The position numbers were made by a program, and so were the translations under genes. This document shows, piece by piece, positions 1 to 10,564 of a stretch of 64,000 nucleotides of DNA (position 1 is the first letter of the stretch; every line of letters begins with the position of its first letter). The stretch is from a virus. Below the pieces are notes generated by a model that searched no databases, was not told where the DNA came from, and saw only the letters and a list, made by a program, of their open reading frames with translations. Location of the stretch: IMG/VR virus record IMGVR_UViG_3300009034_000013, positions 1 to 64,000 of that record. One strand, written 5' to 3'.

Positions 1-311
1 AAGTTAGTAATGAAGTTAGTAATGAAGTTAGTGATAAAGTTAGGAATGTAGTTTGGAATGAAGTTAGTGATAAAGTTAGTAATGAAGTTAGTAATGAAGT
101 TAGGAATAAAGTTAGTGATAAAGTTAGTAATGAAGTTTGGAATGCAGTTAGGAATGAAGTTAGTGATAAAGTTTGGAATGAAGTTAGTAATGAAGTTAGT
201 AATGAAGTTAGTGATAAAGTTAGTAATGAAGTTAGGAATGAAGTTTGGAATGTAGTTAGTGATAAAGTTTGGAATGTAGTTAGTGATAAAGTTTGGAATG
301 TAGTTAGTAAT
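1..311 (+). repeat. 12-nt imperfect coding tandem repeat (AAGTTAGTAATG / AAGTTTGGAATG variants)
   Basis: About 26 consecutive 12-nt units are directly visible. Confidence 0.95.
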
Positions 312-998
312 GAGAAAAAATATTTAATTAATTTTATATATCCTTTTTTAGATGGCAATTTCAATTCATATTATTTTAGTTTTTATTCATTTTTTATTAA
401 TGAATGCAAAATTCAGATAACAAATAAATATTTTATATATGAAAAATTGTGTGATTATAGTCTTATCTATCCATTTAATAAAATTTGTTTTATTTCTGAA
501 AAACCAAATGAAATAAATTTAATCAATAATAAATTACATGCTGATTTAAAGCCAGCATTAAAATATTCTGATGGTTTTAGTATATATTCTTTAAACGGCA
601 CAATTATGCCCAAATGGATTGTTATGACAAAAAAAGAAGATATGAAAATAGAAGATATATTTAAATTAAAAAATATAGAACAGAGATTGGAAGCAATAAA
701 AAAAATGGGCGATTTATTTTTTGAGAAAATGAAATCTATGATTTATGATAAAAAAGAAATATATTTAGATGGCAATCAAAAAGTATATTTAAAAAATATA
801 GGAAATTTAAAAAAAGTAAATTATGAATTGTTAGGAATTAATATAAAAGATGTTGATAAAGAAATGAAAGTATTAAAAATGGAAAATCCATCAACAAATG
901 AAATTCATTATGAAATGGTAAATCCAGAATGTAAACAGATTTTAGATGCTTTTGAATTTAGAACAGGAATACGTAGTTTTCCTGCATATTTAAGTTAA
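3..998 (+). CDS. DUF6745-like protein with N-terminal tetrapeptide repeats (5'-truncated)
   Basis: Frame 3 is open from nt 3 into the 447..998 ORF. The 12-nt repeats encode (N/D)(E/K/V)V(S/W/R) and are followed by ICFISEKP...LHADLKPALKYSDGFSIYSLNG. Confidence 0.7.
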   Translation, partial: VSNEVSNEVSDKVRNVVWNEVSDKVSNEVSNEVRNKVSDKVSNEVWNAVRNEVSDKVWNEVSNEVSNEVSDKVSNEVRNEVWNVVSDKVWNVVSDKVWNVVSNEKKYLINFIYPFLDGNFNSYYFSFYSFFINECKIQITNKYFIYEKLCDYSLIYPFNKICFISEKPNEINLINNKLHADLKPALKYSDGFSIYSLNGTIMPKWIVMTKKEDMKIEDIFKLKNIEQRLEAIKKMGDLFFEKMKSMIYDKKEIYLDGNQKVYLKNIGNLKKVNYELLGINIKDVDKEMKVLKMENPSTNEIHYEMVNPECKQILDAFEFRTGIRSFPAYLS

Positions 999-1018
999 AT
1001 AATTTAGGAGGAACAAAT

Positions 1019-1345
1019 ATGAAAAGAAAAGAATATGTTCATCATGGGGATATTTTATTAGTACCTATTGATGAAATTCCAAAAGGAATAAAAAGAATAA
1101 AAGAAGAAAAATTAATTCTTGCAGAAGGAGAAATAACAGGACATATGCATGAGATTGTTAATAATAAAAAAGCTGAATTATATTTTGATGTTAAGAAAAA
1201 TAAAATGTATTTAAATGTACTTGAGCCAACTTTTTTGAAACATCAACAACACTATAAAATACAAATAGAAACCGGTTATTATTATGTTAATAGAGTTAAT
1301 GAATATGATTATTTTGAAAAACAAAAAAGAAAAGTACAGGATTGA
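1019..1345 (+). CDS. His-rich beta protein, usual partner of DUF6745 genes
   Basis: HGDILL...LAEGEITGHMH...LKHQQH...GYYYVNRVNEYD pattern; GGAGG RBS. Confidence 0.7.
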   Translation: MKRKEYVHHGDILLVPIDEIPKGIKRIKEEKLILAEGEITGHMHEIVNNKKAELYFDVKKNKMYLNVLEPTFLKHQQHYKIQIETGYYYVNRVNEYDYFEKQKRKVQD

Positions 1346-1386
1346 AAATAAGGATATTGAAACAATAATAATTAAGGAGGAATAAA

Positions 1387-1737
1387 ATGAAAAAAATTAT
1401 TATTTTAATGGTTATTATTTTAGGGATTGTAGGATGTAATTTACAAGAAAAACAGCAATTATATGATTTTACTGGATTTTGGAAAGTTACAAAATCAACT
1501 GATTCAGAGATAAATTATTATGAAGTTGATAGAAATAATCGTTTTTATCAATATAATTTATCTTTACTGCCAATAAATAGAGGAGTGATTTTTTGCCATG
1601 ATGATATTATTGTATTTGGATATGTTTCAAATTCTCATGTGAGATATGCAATACACAAAATAAATCAGATAGATGAAGATGGATTAGTTTTGTACAATAG
1701 AAATAATAATGAGAAATTATATTTTACAAAAATGTAA
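1387..1737 (+). CDS. putative lipoprotein
   Basis: MKK + hydrophobic stretch + IVGC lipobox; AAGGAGG RBS. Confidence 0.6.
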   Translation: MKKIIILMVIILGIVGCNLQEKQQLYDFTGFWKVTKSTDSEINYYEVDRNNRFYQYNLSLLPINRGVIFCHDDIIVFGYVSNSHVRYAIHKINQIDEDGLVLYNRNNNEKLYFTKM

Positions 1738-2148
1738 ATAATTTTTAACAATTTAAAAAAGTAAATCAAAAAGTATTAAAATTAAATAATAATAGGAGAA
1801 ATAAATGAAAAGATGTGATTATTCAGGAATAGAATGTGAATATATTGATAAAGCAAATAGATATATAAAAATGTGGAGAATGTTAGAAACAAAAATAGAT
1901 GATATATTATTCTTTGCAGAAAATAAGATAGAATGGGAAATTTATAATAATGTAGATATTGAAATGAAAAGAATAGAAAAAAAGGCTTTAAAAGATGAAT
2001 AGAAAAATAAAATTAAGGCGTATGAAAGATTGGTCAAAAAAAGAAAAAATGGAATTAAAAGAATATTTTAATAAAGAAATATATAAAGCGCATCTTGATG
2101 ATACTTGGTGGAGCGATAAAATATTAGAAATGGAGGAAAAATATCAAA

Positions 2149-2361
2149 ATGAAAAATAAATTATTTGATATAATAAGTGGAATTGTTTCAGGATTTTTTC
2201 ATATAATAGGGATAATTATAATTACGAGTGTATTTACTATCCTACTTATAATTGCAAAAACAATAGAGCAATATATAGTAATTGCTATAATAACACCTAT
2301 TTTTATATTGATTATTTTTATAATTATAATAAATTTATTTGAAATATTTAAAAAAATTTAA
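2149..2361 (+). CDS. small membrane protein
   Basis: Two hydrophobic segments; GGAGG RBS. Confidence 0.55.
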   Translation: MKNKLFDIISGIVSGFFHIIGIIIITSVFTILLIIAKTIEQYIVIAIITPIFILIIFIIIINLFEIFKKI

Positions 2362-2419
2362 AAATTCATACTATACAGAATTATTTTCATACTATAAGAC
2401 AATTTTTTTATAAAAACTA

Positions 2420-2447
2420 TTTACTTTTTCATATAGTATAGTATTAT
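2420..2447 (+). promoter_or_regulatory. putative promoter upstream of the small terminase
   Basis: TTTACT-16-TATTAT; the same TTTACT -35 recurs at 43999(-), 44505 and 55122. Confidence 0.45.
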
Positions 2448-2459
2448 ATATAATATACT

Positions 2460-2984
2460 ATGGAAAAAAGTAGTAAGAAAAGAAAAAATAAAAGTACTTT
2501 AAAAGATAAAAAGAAAAAAATAGGAAGACCTTCAAGATACAATCCAATTTATCATCCAAAAATAGTAGAATTACTTACTCGAATAGGAAAAACAGATAAA
2601 GAAGTATCCAAAGAAATAGGAATAAGTGAAGTTACATTAAATGATTGGAAGAAAAAACATCCAGAGTTTCTTAAGTCGCTAAAAAAAGGTAAGAAATATC
2701 CAGATGATAAAGTAGTCGCATCATTATTTCAAAGAGCAACCGGATATTCTCATCCAGAAGATAAGATTTTTTGCAATGCTCAAGGAAAAGTAACAATAGT
2801 AAAAACTATAAAACATTATCCTCCAGACACAGGAGCTATTTGTTTTTGGTTAAAAAATAGAAGACCTAAGGAATGGAAAGAAAGACAGGAGCTCGAAGTT
2901 AAAGGAGAAGTAGTTAATATAATTAAAGGTGTTTTTTCTAAAAAAGATAAAAAGATTAAAGGAGAAGATAAAGATAAAGAATGA
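2460..2984 (+). CDS. terS: terminase small subunit (HTH)
   Basis: GRPSRY...GISEVTLNDWKKKHPEF...SLFQRATGY...HYPPDTGAICFWLKNRRPKEW; upstream of TerL. Confidence 0.85.
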   Translation: MEKSSKKRKNKSTLKDKKKKIGRPSRYNPIYHPKIVELLTRIGKTDKEVSKEIGISEVTLNDWKKKHPEFLKSLKKGKKYPDDKVVASLFQRATGYSHPEDKIFCNAQGKVTIVKTIKHYPPDTGAICFWLKNRRPKEWKERQELEVKGEVVNIIKGVFSKKDKKIKGEDKDKE

Positions 2985-3409
2985 TAACAGAACTATAGCA
3001 AATACAACAAAATAAATTTCCAATACTTATTTATAATAAACGAAATGATGAGGAAATTTTTATAGTTTTTTAAAGGGAAGTGATTTGTATAAATTGCAAA
3101 AAAACGTATATTGATTTATGGCAATTATAGTTGGCATATGAATAAAATGTGTAAAAAAGAGATAAAAAAATGAAAAGATTATTAGGAATTATTTGTATTG
3201 CAAAAACTTTTTATCATCTTTTTAAAACTCCTTTAGGTTTTGATTCAGAATTGGGGTTATTATATAAGGATGGGCATGATTATGAATTACAAAAAAATAA
3301 TATTTTAAAATGCGTGTTATGCGGAAAAATAAGTAAATGATAAATATGAAGAAAGAAGATTTGAATCCAATTTTTTTTGGAACTTGTAAAAATAAATAAG
3401 AGGAAAGAA

Positions 3410-3691
3410 ATGAATAGATATGAAGAGTTAATAGAAGCGTTATGTGAATTGGTTCATAATATTTGGGCAAAATGGATGAAAGTTAATTTATTAGCAGAAT
3501 GTGAGATTTGGGAAGATGGGAAAAGTTTTGAGCTTATTCATGAAATACCAGAAGAATGTTATGAGAAATGGCAAGAACAAATAATTATGAAATGTAAAGA
3601 TTTACCTGAAAGAGAACAGGAAATAATAAGAGAGAATGTTTTTGAGATATTAGAAAAGGTAACAGAAAAATATTATTTACAGGAAAAATAA
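3410..3691 (+). CDS. hypothetical phage protein
   Basis: ORF; ATG at 3410 after AGAGGA is preferred to TTG at 3377. Confidence 0.55.
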   Translation: MNRYEELIEALCELVHNIWAKWMKVNLLAECEIWEDGKSFELIHEIPEECYEKWQEQIIMKCKDLPEREQEIIRENVFEILEKVTEKYYLQEK

Positions 3692-4004
3692 TAAATGGCT
3701 GAATTAAATGAGTTAAAATTTAAATTTGATACCTCTGAAATTGATAGAATAGTAAGGATAACTTGTCTCAATAAAGAATGTAAACATCATGTAGTAAATG
3801 AACAGTATGGAGTATGTAATTTGAAAGTTGTTAAAATAAATGAGAATGGAACTTATATGGGAGATGATAAGTGATAAATAAACTATTAGGAAGAATAAAA
3901 ATATTTTTAAATGAAGAAGAAGTAAAGGATTTCAGATCTGTTAATAAAAAATTAAATATATTTTATAGAAATATTAAATACAAAATATAGGATGCATAGT
4001 TCTC

Positions 4005-5330
4005 ATGTCCAAGAAAAAGAAATCTAAAGGTATAGTACTAACAGATAAACAGGAATTAGGTAGAAGGATATTGATGGAAGATAATAAGTATACTGATATT
4101 CTTTTTGATGGTGGTTCCAGATCTGGAAAAACACTTATTATTATTATTGTTATTATTATTCTTTGTCAGTTGTTTGTTGGTCTCCGAGCATTAGTGGCAA
4201 GAATGAAATTTGCACATGCAAGAGCATCTGTATGGGATCAAACTTTGATCCCTCTAATTCAAAAAATGTATCCACAAGCAGGAATAGATAAATCGAGATT
4301 TATTGTTAGAACTGGTAAATCTGAAATATGGTTAGGTGGATTGGATAGTAAAGAAAATACAGAGAGAGTGCTTGGTCAAGAATTTGGAATAATATTTTTG
4401 AATGAATCAGTTGAGATTCCTCAAAGTATTAGAGATTTGGTTAAAACAAGATTAGCTCAAAATGTAAATAAGTTAGAAAGGATTATAGATGATTATAATA
4501 ATTTAGGAAAATTAACTAAATTGATTAAAAATTTTCATAATTTTATAGTATATGATTGTAATCCAAGACAACCTACTCATTATTTATATAAGGAATTTTA
4601 TGTGGAGAATGATGAAAGTAGAAAGACATTAAAGTTTTATCCACAAGATAATATTGAACATTTACCGGAAGGTTATATTAAAAATATTTTAGAGAAATTA
4701 CCAGAAGATAAAAAGGCCAGATTTTTAAGAGGAGAATGGGCTTATTCTCCTGGAGCCGTTTATAGTAATGTTCATGAGAAAAATATAATAAATTGTGAAA
4801 AGAATATATATAAATTTTATGATGATATTGTTGTTGGTATTGACTGGGGACTACATATGTGTGCTGTTATTTGGGGAATTAAAATAACTTCTGATAAAAT
4901 AAAAGCATATTGTTTTCATGAAATAATAGTATTGGGAGGAGTTACTTCTGATTTGATAAATGAATTAGATAAAATTGTTGGATTAAAAGAAAAAGGAATT
5001 TTTTTATATTGTGATCATGAACCGGATAGAATATTGGAATGTCAATCAGCTGGATATCAGGCAAAGAAAGCATATAAAGAAGTTGGCCCAGGAGATAGTA
5101 GTGTTAATGAATATGAATTGTATTATGATTATAATTGCAAATATACTTTTCAATCTATGGTTAATTTAGTCAATCAGGAAAGTACTCTTGGGGATGGGTT
5201 TATTTATGGGAAACATGTTAAGGAGAATGACCACGAAGCAGATGGAAGCCGTTATGCATTACATGGTTGGAAGATAGATAACAGAGTGAAAGGACAAGGA
5301 CATTATATTTTGGAAAAGGCAGTAATATAA
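4005..5330 (+). CDS. terL: terminase large subunit
   Basis: Walker A GGSRSGKT, IIFLNE, DCNP, RFLRGEW; RNase H-like VGIDWG and DHEADGSRY. Confidence 0.93.
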   Translation: MSKKKKSKGIVLTDKQELGRRILMEDNKYTDILFDGGSRSGKTLIIIIVIIILCQLFVGLRALVARMKFAHARASVWDQTLIPLIQKMYPQAGIDKSRFIVRTGKSEIWLGGLDSKENTERVLGQEFGIIFLNESVEIPQSIRDLVKTRLAQNVNKLERIIDDYNNLGKLTKLIKNFHNFIVYDCNPRQPTHYLYKEFYVENDESRKTLKFYPQDNIEHLPEGYIKNILEKLPEDKKARFLRGEWAYSPGAVYSNVHEKNIINCEKNIYKFYDDIVVGIDWGLHMCAVIWGIKITSDKIKAYCFHEIIVLGGVTSDLINELDKIVGLKEKGIFLYCDHEPDRILECQSAGYQAKKAYKEVGPGDSSVNEYELYYDYNCKYTFQSMVNLVNQESTLGDGFIYGKHVKENDHEADGSRYALHGWKIDNRVKGQGHYILEKAVI

Positions 5331-6686
5331 ATGAATTTATTAAATATACTTTTTAGAAAAAGAAAAAAGAAAATAAAAATACATGCATCTATTCCTGAAG
5401 GAGGATCAGTTGATATTACAAGTACTTCTATTACAGGAAGAATCTCAACAGAAGCAACACAAAAGAAAAATCAATACAAAACTTATGCAGCTACGATTAT
5501 TGGAATATATGATATGTTTAATAATGCTAAAGATTTTGGAGGCGAGTTCATAAAAAGTATATTAAGAACAAGAGTTGCTTTTATTGCTGGTGGAGGAGTT
5601 ACTGTAATAGCAGAAAAAGAAAGAACAGCTAAATGGATTACTGATTTTTTAACATATAATAAATTATTAGAAGGAAGTAATTTATTTAGATATGTTCTTA
5701 CTTCTGAAATGGAAGGAAAAACATTATTAATAATTAAGCCTAACAAAGATAAAACAAAAATAGATGTAAGAATGTTTATATATAAGAAAAATCCTTATGT
5801 TGTTGATATGGATAAGAAAGATGATCAAGTAATTAAATCTGTAACTTATAAATCAGAAAGAGAAACAAAAGTAGAGGAAGTTGCTAATATAGACAATCTT
5901 GTCTATATTAAAATAGGGGGTAGTCCAGATAAAGTGAATGAAACGACTCCAGTTGTGGGTAATTGTTTAACTGATGTTGAAAATGCAAGTAGGATAAAAT
6001 ATGATTTGAGATATAATAATCATTTATTTGGTAAACTAACACCTTCTTTCAAAACGAATGATATGGTTGAAGCAAAAGCCTTGAATAATTTATTATTAAC
6101 TACTGATTGGAAAACAGGAAGGACTTATGTTGGAACAGCCGAATTAAAATTAGTTGGTCCTCCTCCAGAAGCAACAGAAGCTTTAATTATGGAATTGAAA
6201 ACAGCTTGTAGGATTATTAGTATGAATACTGGAATACCTATTCATTGGTTGTCTTGGCCAGATCTTATGTCGAATAGATCAACAGCGGAAAATTTAATGG
6301 AGGTAGTTAATGCTGCTACAATAATGGAAAGAGAAATATGGGAAGAAGGATTAACAGAATTAATACAAAAAGCTATGATAATAGCCACTGAACTTGGAAT
6401 GCCAGAGGCTGTAAATGATCCTGATGGTTTTGAAATACGTTTACCTTTGATAAGTGAAGCTAAAATGAAAGAAATAAATGAAACTTGGATACCATTAGCT
6501 GATGGAGATTATGTAACAAAGGATAGTGTGAGAAATAAAATACCTGGAATAAATCCTTTATTTGAAAAGAAAATGATTGAAGATGAAAAAGAAGAAAGAT
6601 TAAATAAAATAAAAAATAAATTTAATAATGAATTAGTTGATGAAAATCATGAAGAAGAAAATGAAAAGGAGAAAATTGAAGAATGA
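5331..6686 (+). CDS. portal protein
   Basis: 451 aa immediately after TerL; TGIPIHWL...SNRSTAE motif; acidic C-terminus. Confidence 0.8.
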   Translation: MNLLNILFRKRKKKIKIHASIPEGGSVDITSTSITGRISTEATQKKNQYKTYAATIIGIYDMFNNAKDFGGEFIKSILRTRVAFIAGGGVTVIAEKERTAKWITDFLTYNKLLEGSNLFRYVLTSEMEGKTLLIIKPNKDKTKIDVRMFIYKKNPYVVDMDKKDDQVIKSVTYKSERETKVEEVANIDNLVYIKIGGSPDKVNETTPVVGNCLTDVENASRIKYDLRYNNHLFGKLTPSFKTNDMVEAKALNNLLLTTDWKTGRTYVGTAELKLVGPPPEATEALIMELKTACRIISMNTGIPIHWLSWPDLMSNRSTAENLMEVVNAATIMEREIWEEGLTELIQKAMIIATELGMPEAVNDPDGFEIRLPLISEAKMKEINETWIPLADGDYVTKDSVRNKIPGINPLFEKKMIEDEKEERLNKIKNKFNNELVDENHEEENEKEKIEE

Positions 6687-7255
6687 GTAATATTCCAGAA
6701 AGAACTCAAAAATATATTAAGGGACTTACTGATTTTATAGATTATATTGATAGACAAATTCCTGTTAAAGATTTAACTATACTTGAAATAGGAGCTTGGA
6801 CTGGAATAGGATCTATTACATTTGCTAAAAGATTTAAAGAAGTTCATTGTGTTGATATTTGGAAGAAAGACAAAAGATGTTTGATTACAGTTAAATATGA
6901 TATTAATAAAGTTGAAAAAATATTTGATGAAAGAAAAAAGAAATATAAAAATATTTTTAAATATAAAGGGGATTGGAAACATTTTGCTAAAATATTTAAA
7001 TCAGATGATAAATGTTTTGATGTAATTTATGTTGATATGAATAAAATATTTGAGGAAAATCTAAATTGTTTACTTGCTTTCTATCCATTAACAAGAGAAT
7101 TTATATCAGGACATGATTATGAAGATAGATTTTCTGGGGTAAAAAAAGCAGTTAATAAAATATTTGGACGACCACAACTTGTATTTCCAGACACAAGTTG
7201 GATAGTTAAAATAAATAAATTTATAGGAGGAAAAGAATATGGGAATGGAAATTAA
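6683..7255 (+). CDS. class I SAM methyltransferase (Methyltransf_24-like)
   Basis: LEIGAWTG, FDVIYVD and SGHDY motifs. Confidence 0.85.
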   Translation: MSNIPERTQKYIKGLTDFIDYIDRQIPVKDLTILEIGAWTGIGSITFAKRFKEVHCVDIWKKDKRCLITVKYDINKVEKIFDERKKKYKNIFKYKGDWKHFAKIFKSDDKCFDVIYVDMNKIFEENLNCLLAFYPLTREFISGHDYEDRFSGVKKAVNKIFGRPQLVFPDTSWIVKINKFIGGKEYGNGN

Positions 7256-7529
7256 TGTTTATGGTTATATTTCACCAGAAAATCCTACATATCAAAAACA
7301 TGCTAAAGTTTTAAAAGCATGTATTAATGCTAGTATTGAGAAATTACCAGAGGAAACAGCAAGATATTTTAATAGCTATAAAAATATTCCTGATGTAGAA
7401 GATCTTGATAAAAAATTAGAAATTAAAATTCCAATACATGATAAATTTACTGACGATAGTGAAGAGTATGAAATATTTATACATGAATTACCGAAAGGAA
7501 TTTATAAAATAAAAATCATATATGCTTAA
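7239..7529 (+). CDS. hypothetical protein
   Basis: Coupled ORF with GGAGG RBS. Confidence 0.6.
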   Translation: MGMEINVYGYISPENPTYQKHAKVLKACINASIEKLPEETARYFNSYKNIPDVEDLDKKLEIKIPIHDKFTDDSEEYEIFIHELPKGIYKIKIIYA

Positions 7530-7543
7530 AAAGGAGGAAAAGA

Positions 7544-7822
7544 ATGGATAACAAAGAATTAAAGGACAAAGGCTTTGAATATGAAGTAAGAGAAAGAATA
7601 ATTAGTAATGAGGTTATTAAAGATGGCCCGAGAGCTGGAAAAAAGAAAGGCACAATGCCTGGTAAATTAATTGGTACTTACTTTCATAAAGGAATGTTAG
7701 CACCAAGAATGTTAATTAAGGTTAAAGGTAGAAATAGAAGAATCATTTGTGTTGACATTAATGGTAATGAAAGAATAGCAATAGTGGAGAAATGTGGAGA
7801 GTGGAGAAATGTAGAGAAATAA
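7544..7822 (+). CDS. hypothetical protein
   Basis: AAGGAGG RBS. Confidence 0.6.
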   Translation: MDNKELKDKGFEYEVRERIISNEVIKDGPRAGKKKGTMPGKLIGTYFHKGMLAPRMLIKVKGRNRRIICVDINGNERIAIVEKCGEWRNVEK

Positions 7823-7963
7823 TTATGGGATGTTGTGAAATATGTGGATCTGATAAAGAATTAATACAAATACAATCAAAAGATTTTGGAGAAAATTTTA
7901 AAGCAGCTAAAATACTTTGTAAAAAATGTATGATAGAAAATAATATAAAGGAGAAAAATAATT

Positions 7964-8251
7964 ATGGCGGGAAAAGTAATATCAACTGTTGATATGAAAG
8001 AAACAGTATTGACAGGAAAAGACAGAAATCTGGAAATTAGAAAAACAGATTTAGATTTTCCATTAACAGATACGGATCAGAGTAAGATTTGTTCTACTCA
8101 TAATATAGTCCCTAACAAACGATTACTTGAAAAAAAGGACATAAAAAGATTTATTAGGAGGCTAAAGGGAAATAAGAAAGAAGAAGTGGAAGAAAAGAAA
8201 AGAGGCAGACCAAAGAAAGTTGAAAAGGAAAATAAAATAAAGAAGGAGTAA
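7964..8251 (+). CDS. basic protein with AT-hook-like KRGRPKK
   Basis: AAGGAG RBS; KKRGRPKK motif. Confidence 0.55.
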   Translation: MAGKVISTVDMKETVLTGKDRNLEIRKTDLDFPLTDTDQSKICSTHNIVPNKRLLEKKDIKRFIRRLKGNKKEEVEEKKRGRPKKVEKENKIKKE

Positions 8252-8254
8252 GCT

Positions 8255-10099
8255 ATGCCCTTTCCAAATTTTCACAGTGCACGAATTAAAAATCCGGGTT
8301 TGTTTACTCGGATAAGAGTTTTACAAACTCTACCAAATGGTATAATGATATATGGAGGACCATTAAAGACTGATCCTGAAGGATCTGGAAAAGCCCAAGC
8401 ATATAGATTCCCAATAGATAAATTCACAGTAGCAGAAGCAAAAGAATGGTTAAGAGAACATAATATAAGATATATTATGTTTGAAAAAGCAACAGGAGTT
8501 CAAGCTTTTAGTGCGTCTATAAAAGTTAATCCTGTAGGTTTGAGAAATGCAAAAAATTTAATTAGTCGAGGTAAAATAAATAATACAGCAAGTTGGGAAT
8601 TTACGGCTGCCGATGGCAATAAGATTTTAGGAAATGATAATTGGAATAATTATTCGAAATGGCATCTTGCTATAGACACATCAAAAAATGAAGAGACAAA
8701 AGCTTATTATAAATTTCCTTTTGGAAAGAATGGAGAATTATATCGTAGTGCATTAAGAGCGATAAGAGTTAGAGCAGGACAACAAAGACAGGCTAACATA
8801 TCAAATGCGGCTGGAAAATTATTTGATCAATTAAAAGAAAAAGTAGAAGCTTTTGGAACAAATATAAGTTTATTAAGTCAAATATTATCTTTCGATCAAA
8901 GTGAAATAATTTCTCATATCCCAAAAAAGATTTTAGCTAAAATTAAAGAAAAAAATTCTCATCCATTTTTTACTATGTATTCTATTTGTCATGAAGGAGT
9001 AAGTGAGCCGATTGTTGTAGGCGAAGGTTCTAAGAAGATAAGTTGGCCAAGAAAGGCAATAGAATCTATTAAGAATATAATTACAAGAGGTATAAAATTA
9101 TTCAAAGGACATAACGCTGACGGTAAACATGCTGGTAGAAGAGTAATAGGAAAAGTTATTCATAGTTTTGAAGAAGAAATAGATGGAATATTACATCATC
9201 TTATAATTGCATATCATAAACCGGATACTATTGAAGAAGTAAAGAAATTTGATGTATGTAGTCAAGAAGCTTTTTGGAACATAATAAATGTAGCGGGTAA
9301 TTTTGTCGCAGACACAATTGACAAATTAACTGGTATAGCATTAGAGAATTCAAAGAATAAAATTCCAGCATTTGCAGGAGCAAAAAGATTGGGATATATA
9401 CAAGCATTCAACCTGTCTGGAAAAGACAGTAATAATTCATCTGGAAAAGATGAAAAAAATATACAAGGAGAAAAGAATATGCCAAAAGATAATAATCAAA
9501 CAGTTGATCAAAATTTTAATCCCGAAGGAAATTTAGATAATGATTTTAATCAACCAAATCAGAATCAACAAACAACTAAAATCCAACAACAAGTTAAAAA
9601 CAAAGAAATTAAAGATAAAGTTTGGACATATAGCGAATTAAGAGCAGAGATAAAAAGACTTGGTGTTTACCCATCTCAAATTTTTGAGATGGAAGATATT
9701 AAAAGAGACAGAGAATTTGTTCCTATTTTTAATGAGATTGAAATATTAAAAGAAGATAAAAAGAAAATGGAAGCAAAAGTAAATGAACTTAATAGAACAG
9801 CCGCTCTCTCAACTGCTCCTAATAGAATTGATGGAATTATATCAGAGAATAATGTTCCTTCCAAAGTAGCTGTTTTTATCAAAAAGCGATTTGATAAAAA
9901 TAAAGATTCTATTCCAGATTTGTCAGATAAAGGAATAAAAGATTTTGTAGAACAACAAACTGGATTATTCCAAGATTTAGCATCAGAAGTTTATCCAGAA
10001 TTTGATATGAAAACAGTTGATTCTGATAAAAATGCAGAACCGGAAGATATGACAAAAGTAGAAAATAACGAATTGTTAGACGAAGACCTCGATATTTAA
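8255..10099 (+). CDS. multidomain prohead protease/scaffold protein
   Basis: Lies between portal and capsid genes; KLFKGH protease-like core; coiled-coil, acidic C-terminus; internal RBS and in-frame ATG at 9479. Confidence 0.7.
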   Translation: MPFPNFHSARIKNPGLFTRIRVLQTLPNGIMIYGGPLKTDPEGSGKAQAYRFPIDKFTVAEAKEWLREHNIRYIMFEKATGVQAFSASIKVNPVGLRNAKNLISRGKINNTASWEFTAADGNKILGNDNWNNYSKWHLAIDTSKNEETKAYYKFPFGKNGELYRSALRAIRVRAGQQRQANISNAAGKLFDQLKEKVEAFGTNISLLSQILSFDQSEIISHIPKKILAKIKEKNSHPFFTMYSICHEGVSEPIVVGEGSKKISWPRKAIESIKNIITRGIKLFKGHNADGKHAGRRVIGKVIHSFEEEIDGILHHLIIAYHKPDTIEEVKKFDVCSQEAFWNIINVAGNFVADTIDKLTGIALENSKNKIPAFAGAKRLGYIQAFNLSGKDSNNSSGKDEKNIQGEKNMPKDNNQTVDQNFNPEGNLDNDFNQPNQNQQTTKIQQQVKNKEIKDKVWTYSELRAEIKRLGVYPSQIFEMEDIKRDREFVPIFNEIEILKEDKKKMEAKVNELNRTAALSTAPNRIDGIISENNVPSKVAVFIKKRFDKNKDSIPDLSDKGIKDFVEQQTGLFQDLASEVYPEFDMKTVDSDKNAEPEDMTKVENNELLDEDLDI

Positions 10100-10111
10100 G
10101 GAGAAAACTTT

Positions 10112-10546
10112 ATGTTTTATTTAGCAAATTGCCAGGCTGTTAGTCACAGAGAGTTATGGGATATTATACCCGCAGCAGTTGTGGTAAAAGGACAAGCAGC
10201 TTTAGTTCAAGATGTTTTTGGGTTTTATTTCAAAGCAACTGAACTCGCTGTTGCTGGTGAAGAGATTGCTCATGTTTATTGGGCTGACCAAGTATGGGCA
10301 GATAAAGAACAAGGTTCAGGAGAAGCAATTCTTGCTGGACAGGAGGTGTATTATAATTTAAGTACACCTGAAGTTGGTTTAGGATTGGTAACTGCTAATC
10401 CTGTTGGAACTATAGGAACAGAATATTATTTCTGTGGTATTGCAAAAAGAAATGCAGCCGCAACTGATACACGTGTTCTTATTGAATTTATTGGTGACGA
10501 ATATAATCATGGTGACCGAGATGATGGTCATGCTGATGGCGCATAA
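10112..10546 (+). CDS. capsid decoration/cement protein
   Basis: 144 aa just before the MCP; AILAGQEVYY...CGIAKRNAAA...VLIEF, DUF2190-like. Confidence 0.65.
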   Translation: MFYLANCQAVSHRELWDIIPAAVVVKGQAALVQDVFGFYFKATELAVAGEEIAHVYWADQVWADKEQGSGEAILAGQEVYYNLSTPEVGLGLVTANPVGTIGTEYYFCGIAKRNAAATDTRVLIEFIGDEYNHGDRDDGHADGA

Positions 10547-10564
10547 AAGAGAGGAGGGAATAAA

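Noticed and set aside
58-255. 65-aa MKLV-repeat ORF
   Set aside because: Off-frame reading of the 12-nt repeat; frame 3 continues into the 447..998 protein.
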